Below are positions 44,845 to 53,777 of a stretch of DNA of 64,000 nt, in pieces. A model generated the notes under the pieces. That model was not told the DNA's origin and searched no databases. It was given only the letters and a program-made list of their open reading frames with translations. This stretch comes from Deltaproteobacteria bacterium (lineage in GTDB: Bacteria > Myxococcota_A > UBA9160 > SMWR01): positions 64,001-128,000 of the forward strand of contig JAQBHB010000040.1 of the NCBI GenBank assembly GCA_032128115.1, in the 5' to 3' direction. The stretch's first letter is position 1; every line of letters begins with the position of its first letter. A program made the position numbers and the translations under genes.

Positions 44845-46152
44845 TCAGAAGTACCAGGCCAGGCGCAGCTGGATGTAGTCGTCCTGGGCGAAGCTCGAGT
44901 AGGGGTCCTGCTGGGGCAGGGGCGCCGTGGGGTCGAAGGGATCGAGGAACGTGAACAGGCGCATCTCGAACTCCAGCACCCAGCTTCCGTAGAGGCGCCG
45001 GCTGGCCTCCACGTTCCAGAAGGTGACGCCCGTGCGCACGTCCACCACCGCCCCCGCCAGCATCTGGGTGCTCTCTGCATCGTTCAGGGTCAGGCGGAAG
45101 CCCGCAAAGATGTCCCGGTCGAAGGGCGAGAAGGGCTGGTCGACGGAGGCGTCGTCGAAGTGGAATTCGGCGAGCAACCCCAGATCGGCGTCGGTGCCCG
45201 CGATCCCCACGAAGGTGTATTCGAATCCCACGGCAAAGGCAGGACGATACGAGCCCTGACCGCTGCGGCCGATCGCCTCGAGCTTGAGCAGCAGGGCGTC
45301 GCCGGTGTACTGCAGCTCGAAGCCCGTCTGGTTGATGATGTCGTACTGGGGCACGAGCATGGTCGTCAGGGGATCGAAGACCAGCAGCGGGTCCCGGCTC
45401 GTGCCCCAGAAGTTCGAGAGGCCTACGTCCCATTTGCCGAAGGTCTGTGTCCAGCGAGCCGCGAGGTCGATGTGGCCCTGTTCCATGGACGATTCGTAGG
45501 CCGCGTGGGACTGGTCGATCAGGAGCGGCGTTCGCAGGCGTCCGTGCTTGCGGGAGAACTCGCGCTCGCGAAACCCCGGCAACACGAAGCCCTCCAGCAC
45601 CCCCCAGTCGCGGATCAGCGTGGCGTGGATCATGGGCTGGCCCAGCTTGTCTTCGCCGTCCAGGTTCTCGAGGCCGTCGTCCTGGTTGATGATGTCCACC
45701 AGGTGCTGGGATTCGATCACGCCCCAGAAGACCTTGGCGAAGCCGATGCGGACCTCCCAGTCGTTGCCCACGTGCAGGTAGTTGAGCTCGCGGATGTCGA
45801 AGTGGCTGCGCCCGGATTCCAGGGGGTTGAGGCGGGCGAACGGCACGAACAGGAACGCGTCGCTGCCATCGTTCCAATCCAGGTACCACTCGGGCTCGGC
45901 CAGGAAGCTGATGGCATCGGGCTGGTTGCGTTGCTGGGTGAACTGCGGGTCCTGGAGGAAGATGCGCGTGTCGGCGGCGATGTATCCGGAGAGCTCTCCC
46001 GGAAGCTTCCAGTCCGGGAGGTTCCAGTCGGGAAGCTTCCAGTCGGGAAGGGGAAGCCAGCCGGCCGGCTCCGCGGCGCCGGCCGGCGTCGCTGCCACGA
46101 CCAGGGCCACGACCGCCGCCGCTGCCAGTCGGCGCCCCCGGTGCTGGGGCAT
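44845..46152 (-). CDS. Putative outer-membrane beta-barrel protein
   Basis: Signal peptide, alternating beta-strands, C-terminal 'YIQLRLAWYF'; adjacent to LolA-like and MMPL genes. Confidence 0.75.
   Translation of the reverse strand: MPQHRGRRLAAAAVVALVVAATPAGAAEPAGWLPLPDWKLPDWNLPDWKLPGELSGYIAADTRIFLQDPQFTQQRNQPDAISFLAEPEWYLDWNDGSDAFLFVPFARLNPLESGRSHFDIRELNYLHVGNDWEVRIGFAKVFWGVIESQHLVDIINQDDGLENLDGEDKLGQPMIHATLIRDWGVLEGFVLPGFREREFSRKHGRLRTPLLIDQSHAAYESSMEQGHIDLAARWTQTFGKWDVGLSNFWGTSRDPLLVFDPLTTMLVPQYDIINQTGFELQYTGDALLLKLEAIGRSGQGSYRPAFAVGFEYTFVGIAGTDADLGLLAEFHFDDASVDQPFSPFDRDIFAGFRLTLNDAESTQMLAGAVVDVRTGVTFWNVEASRRLYGSWVLEFEMRLFTFLDPFDPTAPLPQQDPYSSFAQDDYIQLRLAWYF
46001..46050. repeat. 15-bp coding tandem repeat (LPDWK/LPDWN, 3 copies)
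   Basis: Translates LPDWKLPDWNLPDWKLP right after the signal peptide. Confidence 0.8.
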
Positions 46153-46164
46153 GGGCAACCCCCG

Positions 46165-46971
46165 TCAGCGGACGCGCTTCAGGCTGTTCGTGGTGAAGGC
46201 CGATTCGTCCAGCCCATTGCGAAACGCGTAGTCGCTCCAGACCAGGCGCGTGGTCTTCCCGGTCTGGTGATTCTCCATGAACAGGTCATGGGCACGCCAG
46301 TATTGATCCAGGTACTCGCGATAGTCGGTCAGCAGCATGGTCTTGCGATGGTCGTCCTTGCGGTCGTAGAACTCGATCTTGTGGACGCGGTATTCGTCCG
46401 TGTCGATCCAGACGATCTGGCGCGTGTAGCCCGAGTGCGGGTAGTTGGGCACGCGCTCGATGACGAAACATTTCAGGTCGCCGCAGGGTTCGTCGCGAAG
46501 CCAGCGGTAGTCGTACTTGGCCACCTCCTGGGACGAGAAGTCCTCGTACGCGAACTCGCTGCCCATGAAGGGCCCGCTCTTGTTGTTGGAGCTGATGCGC
46601 TTGACACGCTTCAGGGCCGGCAGGTACAGCCACTGGTCGTCCGGATCCGTGATGTGGGTGTAGGTGAGCAGACCGGTCCCCTTCACGTCGCGCGGTCGGT
46701 CGAAGACGATCAGGCTCCAGTCGCCCTCGTCCGGATCGGGCACTTCGAGGGAGCTGATGCGAAGCTCGCGGTCGCTGGTTTCACCGTGCTGGTTGGACAG
46801 GACCATTTTCAGCTCGGCGCTCGAATCTCCCCAACCCTGATCGCGGCGGTCGGCCTCCTGGGCGATGGCCAGCCCCTTCTCTTGTGGGGTCTCGGCCGGG
46901 CTGGTTGCCGGCGCAAGCAGGCACGCCGCCAGCGCCATCGGGATCGTCCACCACGGGATCGCGTGCTTCAT
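46165..46971 (-). CDS. Outer membrane lipoprotein-sorting protein (LolA-like)
   Basis: F..P.DVKGT..L, DDQWLYLPALKRVKRIS, FMGSEFAYED. Confidence 0.9.
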   Translation of the reverse strand: MKHAIPWWTIPMALAACLLAPATSPAETPQEKGLAIAQEADRRDQGWGDSSAELKMVLSNQHGETSDRELRISSLEVPDPDEGDWSLIVFDRPRDVKGTGLLTYTHITDPDDQWLYLPALKRVKRISSNNKSGPFMGSEFAYEDFSSQEVAKYDYRWLRDEPCGDLKCFVIERVPNYPHSGYTRQIVWIDTDEYRVHKIEFYDRKDDHRKTMLLTDYREYLDQYWRAHDLFMENHQTGKTTRLVWSDYAFRNGLDESAFTTNSLKRVR

Positions 46972-49274
46972 CGCGGGAACTCCTTGGAGCTGTCGAAGAC
47001 CATCAGCAGGGGCGGGAGCAGCAGGAAGTCGGCTGCCAGGGCGCAGACGATCGCGAGCGCCGTGAGCATGCCCAGGGTGGCGTTGGGCCAGAAGGCGCTC
47101 ATGGACAGGGCGGCGAAGCCGAGTACCAGGATGGCAGACGTGGCCGCCAGGGCCATGCCCACGGTGCGGAATGCGTAGCGCACCGAATCCTCGGGTGAGA
47201 GGCCCTGTTCGCGCCGCGCCCGCAGATACTTGGAGAGGAAGTGGATCGTGTCGTCGACGATGATTCCGATGCTCACGCCCGCCACGATCGAGATCGCGAA
47301 GCCCACCTCGCCCCAGACCAGGGCCCAGATGCCGAAGGCCATGACGGCCGGCACCAGGTTGGGGATGATGCTCACGAGACCGAGCTTGAGGCTCCGCAGC
47401 GAGATGATCAGCACGATCGTGATCAGGCCGAAGGCGAGGGCGGTGCCTCGGATCATGGCGAAGATGTTGCGCTCGGCGATGTAGGCGAACATCACGGCTG
47501 GGCTGGCCGGCTCGCCCGCCATGGACGGCAGGCCGTTGTCGCGCAACCACTGCTCCGATTGGGTCTTGATCGCCTTCACGATCTTGAAGTCCACGTCACC
47601 GAAGGTCACGTCCATGCGCGTGGCGCTCTTGTCCACGTTGATCTGGTCGCTCAGGTCGAGCCCGTAGGGCAGGGACATCTCGTAGAGCAGCAGGTATTGG
47701 GCCGAGAGTTCGCGATCTTCGGGCAGGCGGTACCAGGCCGGATCATCCCCGTGCATGTTCTTGTTGAGCCGCTTCATGGTGTCGGTAAGGCTCACCACGT
47801 GGACGATCTCTTCATGATCCCGGAGCCAGCCGGCAAAGGCCTCGAGGCGGGCCAGATACTCCGGGTCGTTGATGCCGCTGGACTCCCCGGCGCCCAGCGA
47901 GTAGCTGAAGCCGTAGATTCCCGTCAGGTGTTCCATGGCGTAGTCCGCGTCGCGCCGGAACTGGATGCTGTCATCGAAATACTCGATGGGGCGGTCGTTG
48001 ATCTCGAACAGGGGGATCGAGGCGCCGAGTGCGACGACGAGGCCGCTCATGCCCCAGAGCAGGGATCGGCGCTTTGCGATCACGAAGTCGGCCAGGCGCT
48101 CCATGGCGGCAGTGCCGCTGGATGCTGGGAGCCGGGTTCGCATGGGCAGGATCGAGACGAGGGCCGGCAACAGCAGCACCGCGTAGAGCCACGCCGCGGT
48201 CACCCCGATGGAGGTGAGATTGCCCATGTCTCGCAGGGGCGGTGCGTCGCTGAAGTTGAGGCTCAGGAAGCCGATCACCGTGGTCAGGCTCGTCAGGAAG
48301 ACCGGTTCGGCGTTGATGCGCATGCTCTCGACCAGGGCGTCGTTTCGGCTCACACCGCGCCGCATCTGATCGAACAGGGTCACCAGGATGTGGACCGAGT
48401 CGGCGACCGCCAGGGTCAGGATGATGGTGGGGGAGGTGGCGCTCACGCCGTTCAGCTTGTACCCGAGCCATCCGGCGCAACCCATTGCAGTCGCTCCGGA
48501 AACGGCAACGATGATGACCGTGACGGCCATCCCGCTCAGAGAGCGCAGGAAGGCCAGCATCGCCACGACCAACACGCCGTACATGAGCGGAACCAGCAAC
48601 GACACGTCGGCCTGGGGAGCCTCGGCGAAGGCCAGCGAGAGCATGGCCGAGCCGCTCAAGGCGATGTGCCAGTCCGGGTGACGCTGGGATAGCTCGTCTG
48701 CGATGCCGCGCGCGAAGTTGGCGGCCTCGGGTAGTTCGGTGAGCGACTTGCCCGGTGGCTGGAGGGTCACGTTGACGCCCGTGGTGGTGTGGGCATCGTT
48801 GATCATGCGTGTTCGCAGCAGGGGTTCACTGCGCACCACGGCCCGGATCTCGTCGAGCTGGTCGCTGTCCAGCGCCGAGGCATCCGGCACCAGGTCGGCG
48901 ACCGTGAGGTCGTCGGCCTCGGCACGGGTGTGCTGGAAGTTCGTGATCGAATCGACGCGAAGCGAGTAGGGGATCTGCCAGGCGGCTTCCGTGAGCCTCT
49001 TGATTTCGGTGAGAACCTGGGGATCGATCACGTCGCCGCCGGGCGTGATCACGAACTGGATGCTGTCCTTCTTGCTGTAGATCCGCTCCAGAGCCTCGAA
49101 GGCCCGGAGTTGTGGGTTCTCATGGCTGAAGAAGACCCGGTAATCATTGCTGAACGCCAGGTTTCGGGCGCCAGAGCCGATGCCGGCGACCGTGAGCAGG
49201 ACAGCAGACACCACCAGCCAGCGCCAGCGAATCACCCACCGCGTGTAGGAGGCGACAAAGTTTTCGGTGTCCAT
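46968..49274 (-). CDS. MMPL/RND family transporter
   Basis: Two repeats with LAVADSVH / GIIVDDTIH, TSLTTVIGFLSL; start ATG 49274. Confidence 0.92.
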   Translation of the reverse strand: MDTENFVASYTRWVIRWRWLVVSAVLLTVAGIGSGARNLAFSNDYRVFFSHENPQLRAFEALERIYSKKDSIQFVITPGGDVIDPQVLTEIKRLTEAAWQIPYSLRVDSITNFQHTRAEADDLTVADLVPDASALDSDQLDEIRAVVRSEPLLRTRMINDAHTTTGVNVTLQPPGKSLTELPEAANFARGIADELSQRHPDWHIALSGSAMLSLAFAEAPQADVSLLVPLMYGVLVVAMLAFLRSLSGMAVTVIIVAVSGATAMGCAGWLGYKLNGVSATSPTIILTLAVADSVHILVTLFDQMRRGVSRNDALVESMRINAEPVFLTSLTTVIGFLSLNFSDAPPLRDMGNLTSIGVTAAWLYAVLLLPALVSILPMRTRLPASSGTAAMERLADFVIAKRRSLLWGMSGLVVALGASIPLFEINDRPIEYFDDSIQFRRDADYAMEHLTGIYGFSYSLGAGESSGINDPEYLARLEAFAGWLRDHEEIVHVVSLTDTMKRLNKNMHGDDPAWYRLPEDRELSAQYLLLYEMSLPYGLDLSDQINVDKSATRMDVTFGDVDFKIVKAIKTQSEQWLRDNGLPSMAGEPASPAVMFAYIAERNIFAMIRGTALAFGLITIVLIISLRSLKLGLVSIIPNLVPAVMAFGIWALVWGEVGFAISIVAGVSIGIIVDDTIHFLSKYLRARREQGLSPEDSVRYAFRTVGMALAATSAILVLGFAALSMSAFWPNATLGMLTALAIVCALAADFLLLPPLLMVFDSSKEFPR

Positions 49275-49396
49275 GGGCCGCCCCGAACACGGTCCGGAAC
49301 CACGGTCCGGAAGCGGGCTCGGGCAGGATCTCCTCGCCGGCGGCCCGCGCGCTCCGCCTGCCGGCCATCGCGGGCGCCCGAGTATACTGCGGCCCG

Positions 49397-51148
49397 ATGT
49401 CGTATTGCAGGTTTTCGGATCGATGGGCGTCCGCGCTGTTCGCGTCCGTGGTCGCGCTCGTGGCGAGCGGAGCCTGGGCCGAGGCCGAGGTCTCGCGCCC
49501 CGGCGTGCTTCGAGGCGTGGCCTATGACCCGGAGTCATCCGCGGGCGCCGATCCGGCTCGGACCCTCGATCTCTTCCTTCCCGAGCAAGCCGCTGCGGCG
49601 CCCCCGCTGGTGGCCTTTGTTCACAGCCAGTTCTGGACCCGAAACGACGGCGGGCGTGATCTCGAGGCCCACTTTGCACGGGCGCTCCAGGCCGAGGGCG
49701 CGGCCGTTGCGGTGATTCGCCATCGCCTCTCGCCTGCTCACGAGCACCCGGTTCACGCAGAGGACGTGGCCGCCGCGCTGGCGTTCCTCGCGAAGGGCGC
49801 GCCTCGCTACGCCTACGACCCGGGGCGCATCTACTTGGCCGGCCATTCCTCGGGGGGCCACCTGGCGGCGTTGCTGGCGCTCGACCCGTCCTATCTGGAG
49901 GCCCACGGCATGAGGCCCGACCAGATTGCGGGCGTGATTGGCATCAGTGGCATCTACGATCTGGACCCGGATCGAGAACTCGCCGAAGAGGAGCGCGATC
50001 TCTACCGCCAGGCGTTCGGGCGTCGCGGTCGACGTCGGGCCGCATCGCCGGCGCGCATGCCGCGCGCAGACGCTCCTCCGTTCCTGGTGCTGACCGCGGC
50101 CCAGGACATTCCCGGCCTGCATCGCGACGGCATGGAGTTCACCGAGAAGCTGCGCGCTGCGGGCCACCAGAACGCCGAGACCTTCATGATCGTGGGACGC
50201 GACCACCTGTCGGTGCTGTGGGTCGATGACCTCCGCAACGCCGCCCGCGGTCACCTGCTGAGCTTCATCGGGCTCGGGCCCCTGTCCGACGTGCTCTCGG
50301 ATCTGTACGCCGCCCGCAAGTACTGGCGCAAACCGACGACTTCGACACTTCCCTTCTGGAAGGGCAAGCCGCGGCCACGGTCCCACGACGTGGACGAGCG
50401 CTTCACCCGCCAGCTCGGTCTTCCCTTTGCCGCCGCCGGAAGAGCGTCGCCCCTGGAGGCCGCCGAGAGTTATCACGCCATCGATCTGTTCGAATACCTC
50501 GAGGCTCGCGATCCCGAGGCCCTGGCCCGAGCCAGCCACCTGATCCTGACCAACGCGCGCGGCGAGCAGCGGGTGTGGGCCCTGGAGGCGATCCGACCCT
50601 ACGAGCCCGTGATCGTGGTCGGTGTCGACGACGAGAAGGATCTGTTCCGCATTCTCGACGTCTATCACACCGAGCGCGAGTACTCGTGGACCGATGAGAC
50701 GCCCGAGCAGCGCATCATGGCCCGCCCCCTGGGTGGCTTCATCCACTTCCTGCAGCCGCCGCCCGCGGAGCTCGAGCGCCAGCAAGCGGGACGCTTCGCC
50801 CTCACCCCCGAGAGCTTCCGACTTTCCGGCGCCGATCCCCTGGGGCCGATTCGCGACCTTCCGGATCCGCTGCGATCCGTACTGGTGCGCGAGGAGTCCT
50901 GTCTCTCGTGTCACAGCTTCCGCGCAGTGGGCGGGAAGGGGGGCCACCTGCGGGCTCGCGACGGTGCGCTCGTGGGCGGCTTCGGTCTGCCCCTGGAGTC
51001 GTACGCCCCGGAGGTATGGCGCCGATACCTCGAGGAGCCCGACGCGCTGATGCGCGCGATCGGCGCGCCGCACGTGGTCGTGGAGGGCGAGGCCGCAGAG
51101 GCCCTGGGTGATCTGATCCCGAACGAGGGGGTTCCTGGCCAGCCTTGA
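49397..51148 (+). CDS. Secreted alpha/beta hydrolase fused to a C-terminal region containing a CxxCH motif
   Basis: Signal peptide; GHSSGG nucleophile elbow; CLSCH at 50900-50914. Confidence 0.75.
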   Translation: MSYCRFSDRWASALFASVVALVASGAWAEAEVSRPGVLRGVAYDPESSAGADPARTLDLFLPEQAAAAPPLVAFVHSQFWTRNDGGRDLEAHFARALQAEGAAVAVIRHRLSPAHEHPVHAEDVAAALAFLAKGAPRYAYDPGRIYLAGHSSGGHLAALLALDPSYLEAHGMRPDQIAGVIGISGIYDLDPDRELAEEERDLYRQAFGRRGRRRAASPARMPRADAPPFLVLTAAQDIPGLHRDGMEFTEKLRAAGHQNAETFMIVGRDHLSVLWVDDLRNAARGHLLSFIGLGPLSDVLSDLYAARKYWRKPTTSTLPFWKGKPRPRSHDVDERFTRQLGLPFAAAGRASPLEAAESYHAIDLFEYLEARDPEALARASHLILTNARGEQRVWALEAIRPYEPVIVVGVDDEKDLFRILDVYHTEREYSWTDETPEQRIMARPLGGFIHFLQPPPAELERQQAGRFALTPESFRLSGADPLGPIRDLPDPLRSVLVREESCLSCHSFRAVGGKGGHLRARDGALVGGFGLPLESYAPEVWRRYLEEPDALMRAIGAPHVVVEGEAAEALGDLIPNEGVPGQP

Positions 51149-51209
51149 GAGGACCGGCGCGAGAGAGTGCGCAGGGGCGCGTGTGATAGCCTCGGCGCCC
51201 GGAGGTTCC

Positions 51210-51569
51210 GTGGTTCGATTCGCGCTTCAGCTGGTGTTGACGGCAGCCCTGCTGCTGATCGTGGCGGGTCTGGTGACGGGCGTGCAGGTCGACAGTTGGG
51301 GTTCGGCCATTCTCGCCGCTCTGGTGCTGGGAATGGTGAACGCCGTGGTTCGGCCCCTGATGCTGATCCTGACGCTACCGCTCACGGTCGTGACCTTCGG
51401 CCTGTTCCTGTTGGTGATCAATGGCCTGATGCTGCAGCTGGTGGCGGTGCTGGTACCCGGGCTCCACGTCGGTGGATTCGGTTCCGCCCTGGTGGGAGCC
51501 CTGCTGCTCACGCTCATGAACGTCCTGGTGTCGGTGCTCGTCGGCCAGCACGACGAGCCCAGGCGCTGA
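51210..51569 (+). CDS. 4-TM phage-holin-like (YvlD-type) membrane protein
   Basis: 'VNAVVRPL..LTLPLTVVTFGLFLLVIN'; GGAGG RBS. Confidence 0.88.
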   Translation: MVRFALQLVLTAALLLIVAGLVTGVQVDSWGSAILAALVLGMVNAVVRPLMLILTLPLTVVTFGLFLLVINGLMLQLVAVLVPGLHVGGFGSALVGALLLTLMNVLVSVLVGQHDEPRR

Positions 51570-51573
51570 CGCC

Positions 51574-51765
51574 GTGTCCAACGTACTGCGCTTCGTCCCG
51601 GGAGTCGCGGGAGCCCTTGCCGCGTTCGGCGCCGCGGAGCTCGTGGACTGGCTCTCGTGGACCTCGCTCTCCGGTGAAGTTTCGATCTTCCTGGTCACCT
51701 ACCTGGTCGTTGCCATCGTCGTGGATCGGGCGCTGGCGACCTACGGCACGCAGCCCCGGGCCTGA
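51574..51765 (+). CDS. Small 2-TM hypothetical protein
   Basis: Fills the operon gap; two hydrophobic helices. Confidence 0.55.
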   Translation: MSNVLRFVPGVAGALAAFGAAELVDWLSWTSLSGEVSIFLVTYLVVAIVVDRALATYGTQPRA

Positions 51766-51785
51766 TCGGGAGCCGGAGTCGGTTC

Positions 51786-52553
51786 ATGATGCCGAAGATG
51801 GAGACTGCGGCTGTCACGGGATCCGCTTCGGGTATCGGGGCCGCAGTTCGCGCGCGGCTCGAGAAGGACGGATTTCGCGTGATTGGCGTCGACCTCCGGG
51901 ATGCCGAGGTCCTGGCGGATCTTTCCACTCCGGCGGGTCGCGCCTCGGCGGTGGAGGGCGTGGTGGCAGGTTGCGACGGCGTTCTCGATCGACTGGTGAC
52001 CTGCGCCGGCCTCGGATCGAACAGCGATCCGGAGGGGGTCACCTCGGTCAACTACTTCGGCAACGTGGAGCTCCTCGACGGCCTGCGGCCGGCCCTCGAG
52101 CGGGGAAGCCACGCGGCTGCGGTGGCAATCGTCTCCAACTCGGCGCAGATGGCCCCGTTCGACGAACACCCGTTCGTGCTGGCGCTGCTCGACCACGACG
52201 AGGCCAGGGCACGAAAGCTCGCCGACAGCGGCATCGTGGCCTACCTGGGCACCAAGCACGCGCTCGGCCGCGCCGTGCGCCGCCGCGCCCGGGCCTGGGG
52301 CGAGGCCCGGGTGCGTCTCAACGGAGTGGCGCCGGGTCCCGTTCGCACGCCGCTCCTCGAGGCCACCCTGGCAGACCCGGCCACCCGGGACGCGGTCTCC
52401 CGAATCGACATCCCCATCGGCCGCTGGGGGGAGCCCGAAGACGTGTCGGGCCTGGTGGCGTTCCTGCTGGGTCCAGAGGCGAGCTGGATCCACGGCTCCA
52501 TCTACTACATCGACGGCGGCAACGACGCCGAGATCCGCCCCGATCGCTATTGA
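51786..52553 (+). CDS. SDR oxidoreductase (3-alpha-hydroxysteroid dehydrogenase-like)
   Basis: TGSASGIG, VNYFG, YLGTK, RLNGVAPG. Confidence 0.88.
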   Translation: MMPKMETAAVTGSASGIGAAVRARLEKDGFRVIGVDLRDAEVLADLSTPAGRASAVEGVVAGCDGVLDRLVTCAGLGSNSDPEGVTSVNYFGNVELLDGLRPALERGSHAAAVAIVSNSAQMAPFDEHPFVLALLDHDEARARKLADSGIVAYLGTKHALGRAVRRRARAWGEARVRLNGVAPGPVRTPLLEATLADPATRDAVSRIDIPIGRWGEPEDVSGLVAFLLGPEASWIHGSIYYIDGGNDAEIRPDRY

Positions 52554-52557
52554 CGCG

Positions 52558-53601
52558 TCAGCAGCCAGGGCGGGTTGGACCGCGCAAGCCTCTGAGATCG
52601 GGGGGCAGGCCCGCGATCAGGTTCTCGACGAAGCGGGAGGAGCCGAGCAGCGTGAGGTGGCATGGATCGTTGAAGTGCGCCCCTGACCGCGGCATCAAGG
52701 CATCCTGATCCACCATGAGGACTTCCGGGTTTCTCTGCGCCAGCTCCCGGAGGATGGCGTTGTGGCGGCGGACCATGGCCAGGACGTCTTCCCGGTTCCC
52801 CCAGATCTCGAAGGGGAAGAGGTGGAGGGAGTAGTCGAGACGCCGCTCCCGGAAGGCCTCCACGGAGTAGCCGGGAGGGTCGTGGGCGGCGAGGGTCAGG
52901 AGCACCAACCGGTCGCCACGTGACCCCGCGTGATCGACGATCGCCGCGATGTTGGTTCGGAAGCTCTCGTCGTTCTGGGGGAGCCCTCCATGCTGGGTCC
53001 ACTCCGGGCGCGGAACCCCGAACGGGGTCTTGTGGCGCCTCCGCGACAGGTGACGCAGGAAGAGGACCAGACCGTGAAGGGTGTAGGGGAGGGCGAAGGT
53101 CGTTGCCCGGTGGTAGCGCGCCATGGCGGCCACGATCTCGTTGATGTGGAAGTGCGAGTAGTCCCGTCGGAAGAGCTCCGGGGGGACATTGTTGGTGCGA
53201 GCCTCGTTGATCGAGGGGCAGAAGACGACCAGGTCGAAGCGGGCGCCTGGGAGGCCCCGATACTTCCTCAGGGAATCGAGTGAGTTGTGGCCGGCCTTGG
53301 CAAGGTTGAAGATGCGGATCTTCCCCTCGACTCGCCTGGCAAGGTGTTCCCGGAGCCCAGGGCTGACGGCGCTCCAGTCGTTCTCGATGATCGATCCACC
53401 CAGGAGCAGGATGTCGAACGAGGGTCCTGTAGGGTTGGGCTTCCTGGCCAGTCCTTTCCGCATCTCCGGGTAGAAAATCTGGAGCGTGTATTCGGGATGG
53501 TGAAGTGGGATCCGGCGAACGCCGAACCAGAAGAACCGCGCCGCGATCTCCGCCGTCAGAACGACGAGAAGGGCCGTGATCGTCAGGGGAATGGCGTCCA
53601 T
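52558..53601 (-). CDS. Membrane-anchored SGNH/GDSL hydrolase-like protein
   Basis: TM ending in 'AEIAAR', block I LLGGS, NLAKAG, INE, FNDPCH (DxxH); start ATG 53601 uncertain. Confidence 0.75.
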   Translation of the reverse strand: MDAIPLTITALLVVLTAEIAARFFWFGVRRIPLHHPEYTLQIFYPEMRKGLARKPNPTGPSFDILLLGGSIIENDWSAVSPGLREHLARRVEGKIRIFNLAKAGHNSLDSLRKYRGLPGARFDLVVFCPSINEARTNNVPPELFRRDYSHFHINEIVAAMARYHRATTFALPYTLHGLVLFLRHLSRRRHKTPFGVPRPEWTQHGGLPQNDESFRTNIAAIVDHAGSRGDRLVLLTLAAHDPPGYSVEAFRERRLDYSLHLFPFEIWGNREDVLAMVRRHNAILRELAQRNPEVLMVDQDALMPRSGAHFNDPCHLTLLGSSRFVENLIAGLPPDLRGLRGPTRPGC

Positions 53602-53660
53602 CAGGGAAAGTAAATTCAGGGAAAGTAAATTCAGGGAAAGTAGATTCAGGGAAACTAGAG
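53601..53660. repeat. AT-rich 15-bp tandem repeat, 4 copies (TCAGGGAAAGTAAAT)
   Basis: Units at 53601, 53616, 53631 and 53646 with progressive divergence. Confidence 0.92.
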
Positions 53661-53777
53661 ACTCGAACCCACCGTTTGGTGCCTTCCATCGGGATCGTAA
53701 CTCAGCTGCCCCGGCCGTCCGTGCTCGCTCAGGTTGCTGGGAAAACCGGGCCTGATTCCCGCGGCTCGCGGGCGGTT

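Noticed and set aside
47958..49063. AACTGGATG half-sites inside the MMPL gene as extra palindrome copies
   Set aside because: Only one arm is present, and it is explained by Ile-Gln-Phe codons on the minus strand.
51210..51569. Holin as evidence for a prophage
   Set aside because: This 4-TM family is commonly chromosomal, and the neighbours are metabolic genes.
53655..53675. tRNA T-arm-like GGGTTCGAGTC on the minus strand
   Set aside because: The T-stem does not pair well and there is no cloverleaf or acceptor stem.
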